Virus record (IMG/VR): IMGVR_UViG_3300037246_000311
Location: 1-56,339 of that record
Source of the DNA: a virus
Lineage: Duplodnaviria > Caudoviricetes
Strand: one strand, 5' to 3'
DNA: 56,339 nt
Part shown: positions 1 to 9,864 of the stretch, in pieces
Numbering within the stretch: position 1 is the stretch's first letter
How the letters are laid out: the number at the start of each line of letters is the position of its first letter
The notes under the pieces: model-generated
Told to the model about the DNA's origin: nothing
Seen by the model: the letters and a program-made list of their open reading frames with translations, nothing else
The model's database searches: none
Translations under genes and position numbers: made by a program

Positions 1-880
1 CAAGCCGTTTGCGGTCAAGGACATGATCGATGCCAAGTCGAAGTTCATGGAGAATCGCAAGCAGGTGGTCAACCGAGAAGCGAAGGAGTACATGAAAAAA
101 GTCATGGCCACCAGCCGAGGCGAGGCGATGTGGAACGCGGTCAAGGCTCGAGGCTTCCTCTTCCAGACCATAGTCGATACGACCATCGCCTACCCGACCT
201 GGTACGCGAAGTATCAGACCGGCATGGAAAACCACGGCGACGAGAAACGTGCATCCATCGAGGCCGACCAGGCTGTGGCCGAGTCAGTAGGATCCGGATC
301 CGACATGCACCTGGGCCGCATCATGCAGTCGAACCAGAACGAGTTCGTGAAGACGATGACGGTCTTCGGCTCCTGGTTCAACGCCTACTACCAGCGCCTG
401 TACAAATCCTCGAAGGGTGGCACAGACTTTCTGTCAGCTGCCTTCTTGATGGATGGACTCTTGTTACCGATAATTGCAGCGAACATGGCGCAGCTCCTGA
501 TCATGGATTTCCCTGACGATGATGAAGAGGTCGAAGAGTACATTGCGAAGAACACCTTCAAGTTCATGCTCGGCACCGTTCCCCTGGTGCGTGACATCGC
601 GTCTGCCTGGGAAGGCTTCGCACCGACCATGCCGATCAGCGCAGTGGCCGTGGCGCCGGTACGAATCAAGACCGAGATCGAGAGCTTCATGAAGGGCGAT
701 CAATCTGGGTGGAAGCTGGCTGCTGACATCGGTCGAGCCACCGGATCCGTGGTACCAATGCCAGGCTCGGGTAACCTGTGGCGCCTCCTGGATTACACCG
801 ACTCGTACCTCGAGGGAAAAGAGGGCAAGAATTTCAACCTCTACCAGGCCTTTGCCGAAGGGCGGGATAAAGACAAATAA
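1..880 (+). CDS. C-terminal fragment of the large internal virion/polyvalent protein (diverged allele of the 54563..55466 region)
   Basis: Aligns to the C-terminus of 48834..55466 (AYPTWYAKY, ESVGSGSD.HLGR, SWFNAYYQRLYKSSKGG, terminal DKDK) with many substitutions and one 8-aa indel; 5'-truncated by the window edge. Confidence 0.9.
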   Translation, partial: KPFAVKDMIDAKSKFMENRKQVVNREAKEYMKKVMATSRGEAMWNAVKARGFLFQTIVDTTIAYPTWYAKYQTGMENHGDEKRASIEADQAVAESVGSGSDMHLGRIMQSNQNEFVKTMTVFGSWFNAYYQRLYKSSKGGTDFLSAAFLMDGLLLPIIAANMAQLLIMDFPDDDEEVEEYIAKNTFKFMLGTVPLVRDIASAWEGFAPTMPISAVAVAPVRIKTEIESFMKGDQSGWKLAADIGRATGSVVPMPGSGNLWRLLDYTDSYLEGKEGKNFNLYQAFAEGRDKDK

Positions 881-2574
881 TGGTTACTTCAGCGATCTCG
901 AGGATGGGCAAGTCGCCCGAAGAGGGCATCAAGGCGCCGGTCAAAACATCGACCACAACCAACATCACGTTGTTTGGTACCGGCCAAATTCTTAACGGCG
1001 TAGTCACCAGCACCAAGGATCGTGTCTTGGTAAAGGACCAGACGAACCCAGCAGAGAACGGCACCTTCAATGTGGGACCGGATGCCTGGGAGCGCACCAC
1101 GGATATGAACGCAGCCGACGATCTGGAAGTCGGCATGCTGATCGTGGACTCCAATACCCAGGTCCTGTACAGCATCAGCTTCGTTGGTCCCTGGACGCCT
1201 GACATCACAGCCCTGGTCTTCAGTGTCCTGGTCGGCGCCATGCCTGGGCAGATCGTCCTGACCAACAGCTCACCGATTGACCTGGTCGATCACGATGTGG
1301 CCCTGGTGACCGGCGCACTGGATCCAGCGAACGAGCAGCACCTGGAGTACGACTTCCAGGCCATCCAATCCAAGAGCGATGACACCACCGCGGCACCGCT
1401 GTTTCTGAATCCGCTCGGCAGTTATACCCAGGGTCCGCAGCTCATCGCGGGTAACCCAGGCTCCGAGCAGGCCGGCATCACCATCGATGGCGTCCTCTAC
1501 CAGAGCGCACTGAAGGCGTCAGATATTGGCGGTACGAATGTCGCAGCCGTCATCATCCATCGTCACTCGACAACCCTGCCGGCAATCCTGGTTGGCTCAA
1601 GAACAGCCACCGATGACAACACCCACGCCATCGTCGCTGACAACGACACACTGCTGGCCATCATGGCCGTGGGTCATGACGGCACGGACTACAAGCAAGG
1701 TGCGCAGATCCGCTTCCAGGTCGATGGCACTCCTGGCGCTGGAGACATGCCTGGGCGCATTGTCTTCCTGACCGCACCAGCTGGTACCACCGCTGTGGTC
1801 GAGCGCGTCCGGATCCACGAGACCGGACTGCTCGAAGCATTTTTTGGATTCACTCTTGCCGGCGACATCAACCTTACCGGCGACCTCATACTCAGTGGCC
1901 TGGTCGATGGCCGAGATGTCTCGGACGATGGCACCACCCTCGATGCGCTGGTCGGCGCCTTCACTGCGCATGCCGGCGATGCGACCATCCATTTCACCGA
2001 GGCCTCGATCACGATCACGGCCAGCCAGGTCTCAGACTTCGATGCCGAGGTCGCGAACAACGCAGCTGTCGCATTGAACACCGCCAAGGTCAGCGACATT
2101 CCCGATCCCACCGCACTGTCGATCGGCACGGTTACCGGCACGACCTTCGGCATCACCAGTGATGGATCCGCGAACGATGTCGTCCTCCCGATATTCACTG
2201 ACTCAGACGCAGGCCTGGTCCGAGGATCCGGAGGTGGCACCGCCAACTTCCTCCGAGCTGACGGCGCCTTCGCAGCGCCACCAGGAGCCGGCCAGAACTT
2301 CACGGTCGTCACCGAGATCACAACCAGCAGAACTGCCGTGGCCTTCGAGGCTGTCATGGCCGACGACGATACTGCAGCCGGCATCATCACCATCACTTTG
2401 CCGGTAGGCGTTGCTGACGCCATGGTCATCGTGAAGAAGATCGGATCCTCGTTCGACGTCATCGTTGACGGCGACACAGCTGAGACCATCGACGGCCAGC
2501 TGACCTTCACCCTGACAGCGAAGTACGCATCACTGACACTAATCTACACCGGCACGGAGTGGGCAATCGTATGA
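880..2574 (+). CDS. tail fibre/spike protein 1
   Basis: N-terminal KAPV..T.NITL.G.Q...DRVLVKDQT..ENG domain typical of phage tail fibres; Gly/Thr/Ala-rich beta body; follows the internal virion gene. Confidence 0.75.
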   Translation: MVTSAISRMGKSPEEGIKAPVKTSTTTNITLFGTGQILNGVVTSTKDRVLVKDQTNPAENGTFNVGPDAWERTTDMNAADDLEVGMLIVDSNTQVLYSISFVGPWTPDITALVFSVLVGAMPGQIVLTNSSPIDLVDHDVALVTGALDPANEQHLEYDFQAIQSKSDDTTAAPLFLNPLGSYTQGPQLIAGNPGSEQAGITIDGVLYQSALKASDIGGTNVAAVIIHRHSTTLPAILVGSRTATDDNTHAIVADNDTLLAIMAVGHDGTDYKQGAQIRFQVDGTPGAGDMPGRIVFLTAPAGTTAVVERVRIHETGLLEAFFGFTLAGDINLTGDLILSGLVDGRDVSDDGTTLDALVGAFTAHAGDATIHFTEASITITASQVSDFDAEVANNAAVALNTAKVSDIPDPTALSIGTVTGTTFGITSDGSANDVVLPIFTDSDAGLVRGSGGGTANFLRADGAFAAPPGAGQNFTVVTEITTSRTAVAFEAVMADDDTAAGIITITLPVGVADAMVIVKKIGSSFDVIVDGDTAETIDGQLTFTLTAKYASLTLIYTGTEWAIV

Positions 2575-3464
2575 CATATCTCATCCCCCAACAGCCAGCA
2601 AGCGGTGGCGTCACACTCAGCAGCTCGTGGAGATTCAGCACGACCGTCACGGCTGCGGATCCTGGTAGCAAGACCATGCGGTACGACGATGCCGTACCAG
2701 GTGACGTCACCGAGTTGTACATCAACGACATCACCAACGAGAACGGGGATGCCGGTACGATCCTGGGCCTACTCGCTGCCGGCAACCGGATCTATGTCCA
2801 GCAGCAGGATGACGCCTCGAGGGCAACCCTGTTCGAGTTGACCGGCCCAGCAGTTGACAACACTGGCTGGTGGACGTTGCCGGTATCCGTAGTCAGTACC
2901 CTGGCGTTGCCGGCGAACAACAAAACCTGCGCGGTGATCATGAACCTGGGAGCCGGTGGTGGTGGTGGCAGCAACATCGTCAACCTGGGCGTGGAAGATC
3001 TGACCGGCGTCAACACGATTGACCTCGAGGGCTGGCAGACCGGCGATGTGGTTCAGGGATTCAGGGTGGACTACTGGGACGTCAACATGAACGGCAATGC
3101 CCAGGATCCAACCATCAGACTGTACGACAGCACTGGTGCCGCGGTGGCTGCTGGTTACAACAACTTCTGCTGCGAGATGGAGCAGGCTGCTTTCAATCAC
3201 ATCATCACTGCCGAGACTACCCGAGCCAGGATGGATGGCGCCAGTGGCCTGGGCCTGTTTCACGGATTCTTCGAGGGTCGCCTGGTCGATGATGTGCTTT
3301 TCAAGTGGACCATCACCGGCCAGTTCTATGACGACTTCGATGACAGCGTGATGTTTTGTTTCTGCGATGTTGACATCGGTGACGTCCTGCACGGCCTTCG
3401 GTTGCAGACCGCGAACGTGGGCAGCTTGACTGCCGGCTTCCTCAACACGAAGTACTGGACATGA
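2571..3464 (+). CDS. tail-associated structural protein
   Basis: ATGA overlap with the upstream stop; beta-rich, Gly linker; lies between two fibre genes. Confidence 0.55.
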   Translation: MTYLIPQQPASGGVTLSSSWRFSTTVTAADPGSKTMRYDDAVPGDVTELYINDITNENGDAGTILGLLAAGNRIYVQQQDDASRATLFELTGPAVDNTGWWTLPVSVVSTLALPANNKTCAVIMNLGAGGGGGSNIVNLGVEDLTGVNTIDLEGWQTGDVVQGFRVDYWDVNMNGNAQDPTIRLYDSTGAAVAAGYNNFCCEMEQAAFNHIITAETTRARMDGASGLGLFHGFFEGRLVDDVLFKWTITGQFYDDFDDSVMFCFCDVDIGDVLHGLRLQTANVGSLTAGFLNTKYWT

Positions 3465-6400
3465 CTACCAGCCAGCAATCCAGATTAGGATCCTCACCTG
3501 AAGAGGGGATGAAGGCGCCAGTCGTCGCGATCTCTTCTGGCCAGGAGACACTCTTCGGCATCGGCCAATCGATTGCCGGCATAGTGATCGCTGACATGGA
3601 TCGCGTGGCCATCAACGCCCAGACCGACCCGACCGAGAACGGGATCTACAACGCTCGAGGCGGCAAGGACTGGGAGAGGGCGACCGACTTCAACAACCCC
3701 GACGATGTCGAGAACGGGCAGCTGTTGTCGGATGGCAACACCTCCGCGGTCTACTCGATCATCGCTCCGGATCCCTGGAACCCAGGCGTTGACGTTGTGA
3801 ACTTCGGCCTGCTGCTGTCGCCTGTCGGATTCTTCTGGGGCGCCATCACTGGGACCATCTCCAACCAGGCAGACCTGCAGATCGAACTCGACGCGAAGTC
3901 TGATGTGGGCCACGGTCATGTCGAAGCTGACATCTCAGATCTCCAGGCGTACATCCTTGACGCTGCAGGATCCATCGCATCGGACGGTGAGTTCTACGCC
4001 AGGCGTAATGCTGACTGGGAAGTCATCGACTTCAGTGTCTTCGCGCCAGCTGTCCACGGCCACGTTGAAGCAGACATCAGTGATCTCGGCGCCTACCTAC
4101 TCGACGCTGCAGGATCTATCGCGAACGACAACCAACTGTGGGCCAGGGCGAACGGCGCCTGGCAGGCATTCTCGACTTCCTCCGGTACAACCGGCGAGAT
4201 CATTGCCTGGCCAGACGCGGATGTGCCGCAGAATTTTCTGGACTGCAACGGCCAGTTGCTCAACGCTGTCACCTTCGCGGATCTGTTCGCGGTGCTCGGT
4301 TACAAGTACGGTGGATCCGGATCCAACTTCAACGTGCCAGATCTGCGCGGCCAGTTCATCCGCGGCACGGCCAATGGTAGTGGCCAGGATCCTGACCGGC
4401 TGGCGAGGACTGACCGCGGCGATGGAGCAACGGGTGACCTGGTAGGTACCAAGCAATCCTACGAGCTGCAGCTGCACGGCCACACTGTGCCGTTCAAGTT
4501 TGTTGGCTCGACTGAAGGTGGTGGCGGTGACTTGGAAGTCAGGGCGCAGAACACCCCGACCAGCAACACAGGTGGCAGCGAAACCCGTCCGCGCAACATC
4601 AACATGAACTACATCATCCGCTACACAGGTGGTGGATCCGGAATCACCCAGCCTCCGAGCATCGAGGTCCAGGACGATGGCGTCAACCTGACTACCGCGG
4701 TGCAGCTGCTGAACTTCATCGGCTTCAATCTGGAGCAGCCGATCCTTGACCAGATCAACATCTCGTTTGGAGCATCGGTCAACAACGCAACCTACTGCCC
4801 GAACTACGCCTTCAACTTTATCGACACCACTTCCTGGAGCATTATCGGGTTTGATGCAACCAACCTGTTTAGCGTGGGCAGGCGCCTGCGGTTTGTCGAT
4901 GGTGCGTCCAACTACTTCGGCACCATTCTCAGCTCTGCCTTCGGGGCTGATACCACCATGAACATGTCGATGGAGTCAGGCGATGTACTGACCTCCACCA
5001 TCACTGAGGTTTGCCTGGTAAACGGTGGAGTTGCCTGGCAACCAATCAGCCAGGACCCTTTCGGGGGAACCGCGATCCGAGGCATCGAGACCGGCTCCAT
5101 CGGTGTCACGCAATACTGGGTCATTTGTGGTGATGCTGGGAAGGTTGCTTTCAGTACCGATGCTGGGTTGACCTGGACCGTAGCCACCACTGGCACATCC
5201 GAGAATCTCAATGACGTTGCTTACAACCGAGATGATGAATCGTTCCTGGTTGTTGGTAACACCGCGGTCTTGCTGCACAGCACCGATGGCGAGAACTTTG
5301 CCTTGGACACCTCCTCGATCCCTGCCCTGCCCGAGTTTATCTCTGGCCAAGCGGACATCTACTCGTGCATGTACGACCGTGGGGGTCAGGGTTACCGTGT
5401 GCAGTGGGCGATGTCCGATGTCGCACAGACGGGCAACGCTTACACTACGGATGACACTGCGACCTGGGATTCAACGCCGAACATTGGCACAAAAGTGAAC
5501 GTGGGTGAGGCGAAGATCGGGGCCATCAAGAGCGGTCTCGCTGATACCGATCTCGGGATGTTTTACCAACAGAACATCGACCTCAATCAGTTTGGGATTA
5601 TCCCTGATGAAACAGGGTCCTCGTTTGTTAACGTGTCCAGCCAGGCTGCGGTCAGAGGCTGCAGGTCATTCGTTGATCAGAACGGTTCTACTGTCAGGAT
5701 ATTCGTTGGCCGCGCTGACGGGGAGATCTTCCACAACACCTCGCTTGCGGATGACGTTACGTTTGGATCCAGTGGCATCAATGCTTTTGTGGAATCGCTT
5801 TCGCTTGAGCGGATGATCGGGGTCGCGGATGATGGCAAGATCGGGTTCTGCGACCAGGCCAACTACACTGCCAACGATGCATGGCAGCTGGTCCAGAACG
5901 GCAGCAACCCGCTGGCCAGCTTCACTGATGTAATGTGGAACGAGGTCGATGGCATGTACGTTGCGGTCAATGACCAGGGGCAGATCCTGCGCTCAACTAA
6001 CGGACTCGACACCTTGCCGCCACCAGCTCCGTTCGTGGGCTGGACTGCCATTGCTCAAGATCCATTCAGTGGCGGCAACATCCAGCACATCGCGACCGGC
6101 GTGATCGGTGGTACTGAGTACTGGGTCATTGCTGGCAGCACCTTGATCTTCACCAGCGTCGATGCCGGCGTCACCTGGGTCTCCAGGACATCCGGTGTCA
6201 GTGGATCCATCACTACGTTGAAGTACGACAACACGAACGAGGCCTTCATCGCTGGCTGCTCGAACGGTGACTTCACCAGGACAACTAATGGCACGACCTG
6301 GGTAGCGGACACCACCACGGTCCAGGCAATCCCTGGCCTCACCGGCAGCGGTCGGTTCAATGGCATGGTCTGGAGTCCAGGCGCGGCCTTGTGGTCCGTC

Positions 6401-7000
6401 TTCATGGAGTTCAATCTCGCCACAACGGGGAGCCTGACTGCTAACGCTGACATGACTGTCTGGGCGCAAGCGGATTTGACCACCAATGCCACCGGCAGTG
6501 GACCGGACAACACCATGGTGTACGATGGATTGATTGGTGGCCGAACCATCTACGCTGGCCATGCCATCTCCTACGTCTACTACTCCGATCCCACTGACAA
6601 TAGCCCAATCAGTCTCAACAACATGAGCGAACCCGTCACTGCCGCGTTTTCCAAGTTAGGCACACTGGGTGACATCCAGGATCTGTTCATCGGTGACAAT
6701 GTTGGCGACATCGAGTTGATGTCCTCGACCACTGTGAGAGCGGTCAATGATGGCGCACTGAATGGTCCGGTCAACGCCTTCTCGTACTCCAGTGTGGCTG
6801 ATCGGATGATCGCTGTCGGTAATGCCGGCGAGATCAAGACCCAGTCAGCAGCAGACCTCGAGACCGTTGGCACCTGGCGCGATGTCACGACTCCGTTTGG
6901 TGGTAATATCAACGATGTCGATTACAATGTCAGCGACGATATTTTCATTTGCGTTTGCGCCGATGGCGTGATCGCCAGATCAGTGGACGGCATCTCATGA
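3461..7000 (+). CDS. tail fibre protein 2 (collar domain plus two Asp-box/BNR beta-propeller repeats)
   Basis: N-terminal domain paralogous to 880..2574; collar motif GEIIAW..P..FL.CNG...LFAVLGYKYG..F.VPDLRGQF..ETRPRN; Asp-boxes STDAGLTW and SVDAGVTW. Confidence 0.85.
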   Translation: MTTSQQSRLGSSPEEGMKAPVVAISSGQETLFGIGQSIAGIVIADMDRVAINAQTDPTENGIYNARGGKDWERATDFNNPDDVENGQLLSDGNTSAVYSIIAPDPWNPGVDVVNFGLLLSPVGFFWGAITGTISNQADLQIELDAKSDVGHGHVEADISDLQAYILDAAGSIASDGEFYARRNADWEVIDFSVFAPAVHGHVEADISDLGAYLLDAAGSIANDNQLWARANGAWQAFSTSSGTTGEIIAWPDADVPQNFLDCNGQLLNAVTFADLFAVLGYKYGGSGSNFNVPDLRGQFIRGTANGSGQDPDRLARTDRGDGATGDLVGTKQSYELQLHGHTVPFKFVGSTEGGGGDLEVRAQNTPTSNTGGSETRPRNINMNYIIRYTGGGSGITQPPSIEVQDDGVNLTTAVQLLNFIGFNLEQPILDQINISFGASVNNATYCPNYAFNFIDTTSWSIIGFDATNLFSVGRRLRFVDGASNYFGTILSSAFGADTTMNMSMESGDVLTSTITEVCLVNGGVAWQPISQDPFGGTAIRGIETGSIGVTQYWVICGDAGKVAFSTDAGLTWTVATTGTSENLNDVAYNRDDESFLVVGNTAVLLHSTDGENFALDTSSIPALPEFISGQADIYSCMYDRGGQGYRVQWAMSDVAQTGNAYTTDDTATWDSTPNIGTKVNVGEAKIGAIKSGLADTDLGMFYQQNIDLNQFGIIPDETGSSFVNVSSQAAVRGCRSFVDQNGSTVRIFVGRADGEIFHNTSLADDVTFGSSGINAFVESLSLERMIGVADDGKIGFCDQANYTANDAWQLVQNGSNPLASFTDVMWNEVDGMYVAVNDQGQILRSTNGLDTLPPPAPFVGWTAIAQDPFSGGNIQHIATGVIGGTEYWVIAGSTLIFTSVDAGVTWVSRTSGVSGSITTLKYDNTNEAFIAGCSNGDFTRTTNGTTWVADTTTVQAIPGLTGSGRFNGMVWSPGAALWSVFMEFNLATTGSLTANADMTVWAQADLTTNATGSGPDNTMVYDGLIGGRTIYAGHAISYVYYSDPTDNSPISLNNMSEPVTAAFSKLGTLGDIQDLFIGDNVGDIELMSSTTVRAVNDGALNGPVNAFSYSSVADRMIAVGNAGEIKTQSAADLETVGTWRDVTTPFGGNINDVDYNVSDDIFICVCADGVIARSVDGIS

Positions 7001-7479
7001 TTCATCACACGCACCTGGTACACGGTGGCGACAGGGTCAACCACCCGAACAAGATCGTAGTGCATTGCATGGGTGAGTTCATCATCGATCCGGATCCCAC
7101 CCACGCACCAGACTTCCTGGATGGCTACAAGCTGTCGGCCCACCAGCTGGTCGCACCGAACGGCGACATCTACATCTGCCGCGACGACGACGAGAGAGCC
7201 TGGCATGCTCGAGGCCACAACACCAACAGCCTGGGCATCGAGTTCCTGGTCGAAGGTGAGCACACCTACGCCACGTTCCTCGAGGCCATCAAGAGTCCCT
7301 ACGTTAGCACCGCGCAGTGGGAGGCCGGCGTCGATGTTGTTACCGCGTGGATCAAGGCCTACGACATCCCGCTCGAGAAGATCGTCAGGCACTCGGACAT
7401 CTCACCAGGTCGCAAGGTTGACCCTGGTGAAGGCTTCCACTGGCAGGACTTCCTCGACCGGCTCCCCGAGATCACCTGA
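6997..7479 (+). CDS. endolysin, N-acetylmuramoyl-L-alanine amidase (Amidase_2-like)
   Basis: IVVH, SAH, AWHA, NSLGIE and HSDI.PGRK.DPG zinc-amidase motifs. Confidence 0.9.
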   Translation: MIHHTHLVHGGDRVNHPNKIVVHCMGEFIIDPDPTHAPDFLDGYKLSAHQLVAPNGDIYICRDDDERAWHARGHNTNSLGIEFLVEGEHTYATFLEAIKSPYVSTAQWEAGVDVVTAWIKAYDIPLEKIVRHSDISPGRKVDPGEGFHWQDFLDRLPEIT

Positions 7480-7856
7480 TGCAGTACATCGCCGGCTTTT
7501 TCATCATCCTCTCCGTGCTGACCGGCACCTTCGGGTTGTGGACCAAGATCCAGTTGCAGCAGGCCGAGGCCGAGATCCAGGTATTGATCATCGAAAAGGA
7601 TGCCGCTGTGGCCTCGCAGGTGGCCGCTGAAGAGGCGCAAGCATTCCAGGCGATTCAGGTACAGGAGTTCCAGGTTAGGAACGCACAGCTACAAGCGGAC
7701 GCCGTAGCGTCACGGAAGCAGGTCGAGTACACGAGAGATTTATTCAACGACCACGACTTCGCAAAGCTGATGGCGGCGAAGCCTGGGTTGATCACCAACC
7801 GAATGCAGAGGGCCACCGATGCGGTGCTTGCTGATCTCCGCGCTGTTACTGAGTAG
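7479..7856 (+). CDS. i-spanin (Rz-like)
   Basis: N-terminal TM helix plus coiled coil, directly after the endolysin. Confidence 0.75.
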   Translation: MQYIAGFFIILSVLTGTFGLWTKIQLQQAEAEIQVLIIEKDAAVASQVAAEEAQAFQAIQVQEFQVRNAQLQADAVASRKQVEYTRDLFNDHDFAKLMAAKPGLITNRMQRATDAVLADLRAVTE

Positions 7857-8163
7857 TGGCTGCTCCCTCTTCACGCCGAAGGAGCGCGTGGTGGTCCAGC
7901 ATGATAACGTCTACCTGGCAATCCTGTGTCCGGATCCTGCGAGGCCTGCGCAGATCTCCACGAGAAAAATTAGACCCCAGGTGGTGGAAGACAAAGTCGG
8001 GATTTTCTGGGTGGGCCTCACGCCTCAAGACTACGAAAACCTGGCAATCAATACACAGGAAACCATCCGATACATCAAAGACCAACACGGAGTGACCAGG
8101 TACTATCGGGAGTGCATCAAGGACTTCAACCAGTCGATCGAAGACCTGAAGGCAGCGGAGTGA
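7819..8163 (+). CDS. o-spanin (Rz1-like lipoprotein)
   Basis: Lipobox LLLSSG-C, Pro-rich segment, overlaps the i-spanin 3' end. Confidence 0.75.
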   Translation: MRCLLISALLLSSGCSLFTPKERVVVQHDNVYLAILCPDPARPAQISTRKIRPQVVEDKVGIFWVGLTPQDYENLAINTQETIRYIKDQHGVTRYYRECIKDFNQSIEDLKAAE

Positions 8164-8219
8164 TGTGGAGCTAAACTGGCCCAACAGTACTGACATCTAA
8201 CGACACCCCGCTGCCAAGA

Positions 8220-8570
8220 CTAACCTGCTTCATCCTCCTTCGTGTGGTGCTGGTAATCTTCCTTGTCGAATAGCCACTCGACCTTGCGGATCCAGGCATC
8301 ATGCGGGATGCTCCACGCCCAGGGCCTGACCACGAACAGCTCCTTGCCGTCGAAGTAAAAGGTCTGCTCTTCGTACTTGGTTTTTTCCTTCCAGTATCTC
8401 CACTTGCCACGCTTGAACATGGCGGCATCCATCGCCCAGTCGGTGCGACCGAGGACCCGACAGATCGCTTCGATCAAGGTGGCGTCGATCCGCTGGGTCA
8501 TGGTGTTGCGCTCGAATAGATTCGGCTCACGCAGACTACCCTTGATGACTTTGAATTTCTTTTTCTTCAT
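8220..8570 (-). CDS. hypothetical protein
   Basis: Start MKKKKFKV overlaps the upstream stop (ATGA); last gene of the leftward operon. Confidence 0.6.
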   Translation of the reverse strand: MKKKKFKVIKGSLREPNLFERNTMTQRIDATLIEAICRVLGRTDWAMDAAMFKRGKWRYWKEKTKYEEQTFYFDGKELFVVRPWAWSIPHDAWIRKVEWLFDKEDYQHHTKEDEAG

Positions 8571-9097
8571 ATCATTTTGTCCATCATTTCCTGCCAGTTG
8601 AACCACTCGCCTTCGAGATCTTTGATGCCGATCAGATCGCCGTGACTCTTCACGGTGTGGCTGTTGAAGCGGTCGCGATATTTTGACACGAGCAGCTCAC
8701 CGTTGGCAAAGGCCATGCCGGTCGGGGTTGGGACGTAGTAACCAGAGCCAGGCACATCCGGATCCCCGCGCCGAAGGTGCTCGATCTTGGGGTACTCAGG
8801 GTGCTTGTCATTCACCGGCTCGATCAGGCCCCAGTACTTCAAGATGCTGTAATGACTGGTCAGCACCCTGCGCTCGGATCCGAACGGATGCTCGACCGCG
8901 GTGTAGTGGACTGGGATGCCGTGCTGGGCGTAAAGCCAGGCCGTAAACATCAAGGCCCTGGCATGGTGCTGGTCCAGCTTGCGCTTCCGGATCTTGCACT
9001 TCTGTCCGCAGCATGGACACGGCACTTCCTCTCGTGCTCCCAGCGCCTGGCGCAGATTTTCTTTGTGGTAGCTCAGTGGTTTTTCTAAGTCGTTCAT
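8567..9097 (-). CDS. hypothetical protein with CPCC zinc knuckle
   Basis: GGAGG RBS before MNDLEK; VPCPCCGQKC motif. Confidence 0.65.
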   Translation of the reverse strand: MNDLEKPLSYHKENLRQALGAREEVPCPCCGQKCKIRKRKLDQHHARALMFTAWLYAQHGIPVHYTAVEHPFGSERRVLTSHYSILKYWGLIEPVNDKHPEYPKIEHLRRGDPDVPGSGYYVPTPTGMAFANGELLVSKYRDRFNSHTVKSHGDLIGIKDLEGEWFNWQEMMDKMI

Positions 9098-9420
9098 GGT
9101 TCCCTCCTGACCAGCTTGCCTTCCTGGGCTTCGACGTATCCAGTCGGCCAGGTCTCTCCGGTCAGCTCCACCAGGCCGGCTTCCTCGAGGGCTTCGGGAG
9201 CGCCTTCGTTCTCGCCCCAGCCTTTGAGCCAGACATGCCCAGGGCGAAGTGGTGCCGGTGGCTCCCACAGGCAGACGGTGTAGGTCTGCTGGTCCGGAGT
9301 GCCAGGGCTTGAGATCAATGCGGTGCTGCCATCGTGCGGGTACTCAGTGATCAGCACGGTCGCCGTCCTGAAGAGTTTGGCTGGGCCACAGACGCCCAGG
9401 ATCTCAAAAGGGGATGTCAT
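9094..9420 (-). CDS. hypothetical protein (DUF4313-like)
   Basis: Start MTSPFE; ENEG..EALEEAGLV..TG....GYV resembles DUF4313. Confidence 0.45.
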   Translation of the reverse strand: MTSPFEILGVCGPAKLFRTATVLITEYPHDGSTALISSPGTPDQQTYTVCLWEPPAPLRPGHVWLKGWGENEGAPEALEEAGLVELTGETWPTGYVEAQEGKLVRREP

Positions 9421-9853
9421 CGAAGCCGTCATCCATCGGCGCCTGTTCTTGCTTCGCTGGACCATCGCTGTCGTGCATCTCCTGCTGCGCCGGCTTGTCT
9501 CGGTGCTCTCCCTGGTGATGGGCGCCTTGGTTCCTGTTGGCACTGCCGAGCATGTCCATCCTGTGCGCGATGATCTCGGTCGAGTAGCGGTCGTTGCCGG
9601 TCTTGTCCTGCCACTTCCTGGTCCGGATCTCACCCTGGATGCCGATCAGATCTCCCTTGTGTACCCACTCGCGAACCACATCAGCCAGCTTGCCGAAGCA
9701 TACGACTCGATGCCACTCGGTCTCCTCCTCGCCTTTGTACTTCTTCGATGTTGCGATCGACATATTGGCCACGGCATTGCCGTTGGCCGCGAATCGGATC
9801 TCTGGGTCCTGGCCCATGCGTCCGACGATAATTGCTACGTTAGTTCCGCTCAT
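9404..9853 (-). CDS. ssb: single-stranded DNA-binding protein
   Basis: N.AI.VGR.GQDPE.R, TEWHRVV.FGKLA, acidic tail DDGFDDIPF. Confidence 0.95.
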   Translation of the reverse strand: MSGTNVAIIVGRMGQDPEIRFAANGNAVANMSIATSKKYKGEEETEWHRVVCFGKLADVVREWVHKGDLIGIQGEIRTRKWQDKTGNDRYSTEIIAHRMDMLGSANRNQGAHHQGEHRDKPAQQEMHDSDGPAKQEQAPMDDGFDDIPF

Positions 9854-9864
9854 GTTTCTCTCTC

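Noticed and set aside
8164-8219. Bidirectional terminator at the convergence point
   Set aside because: No convincing stem-loop with a U-tract visible
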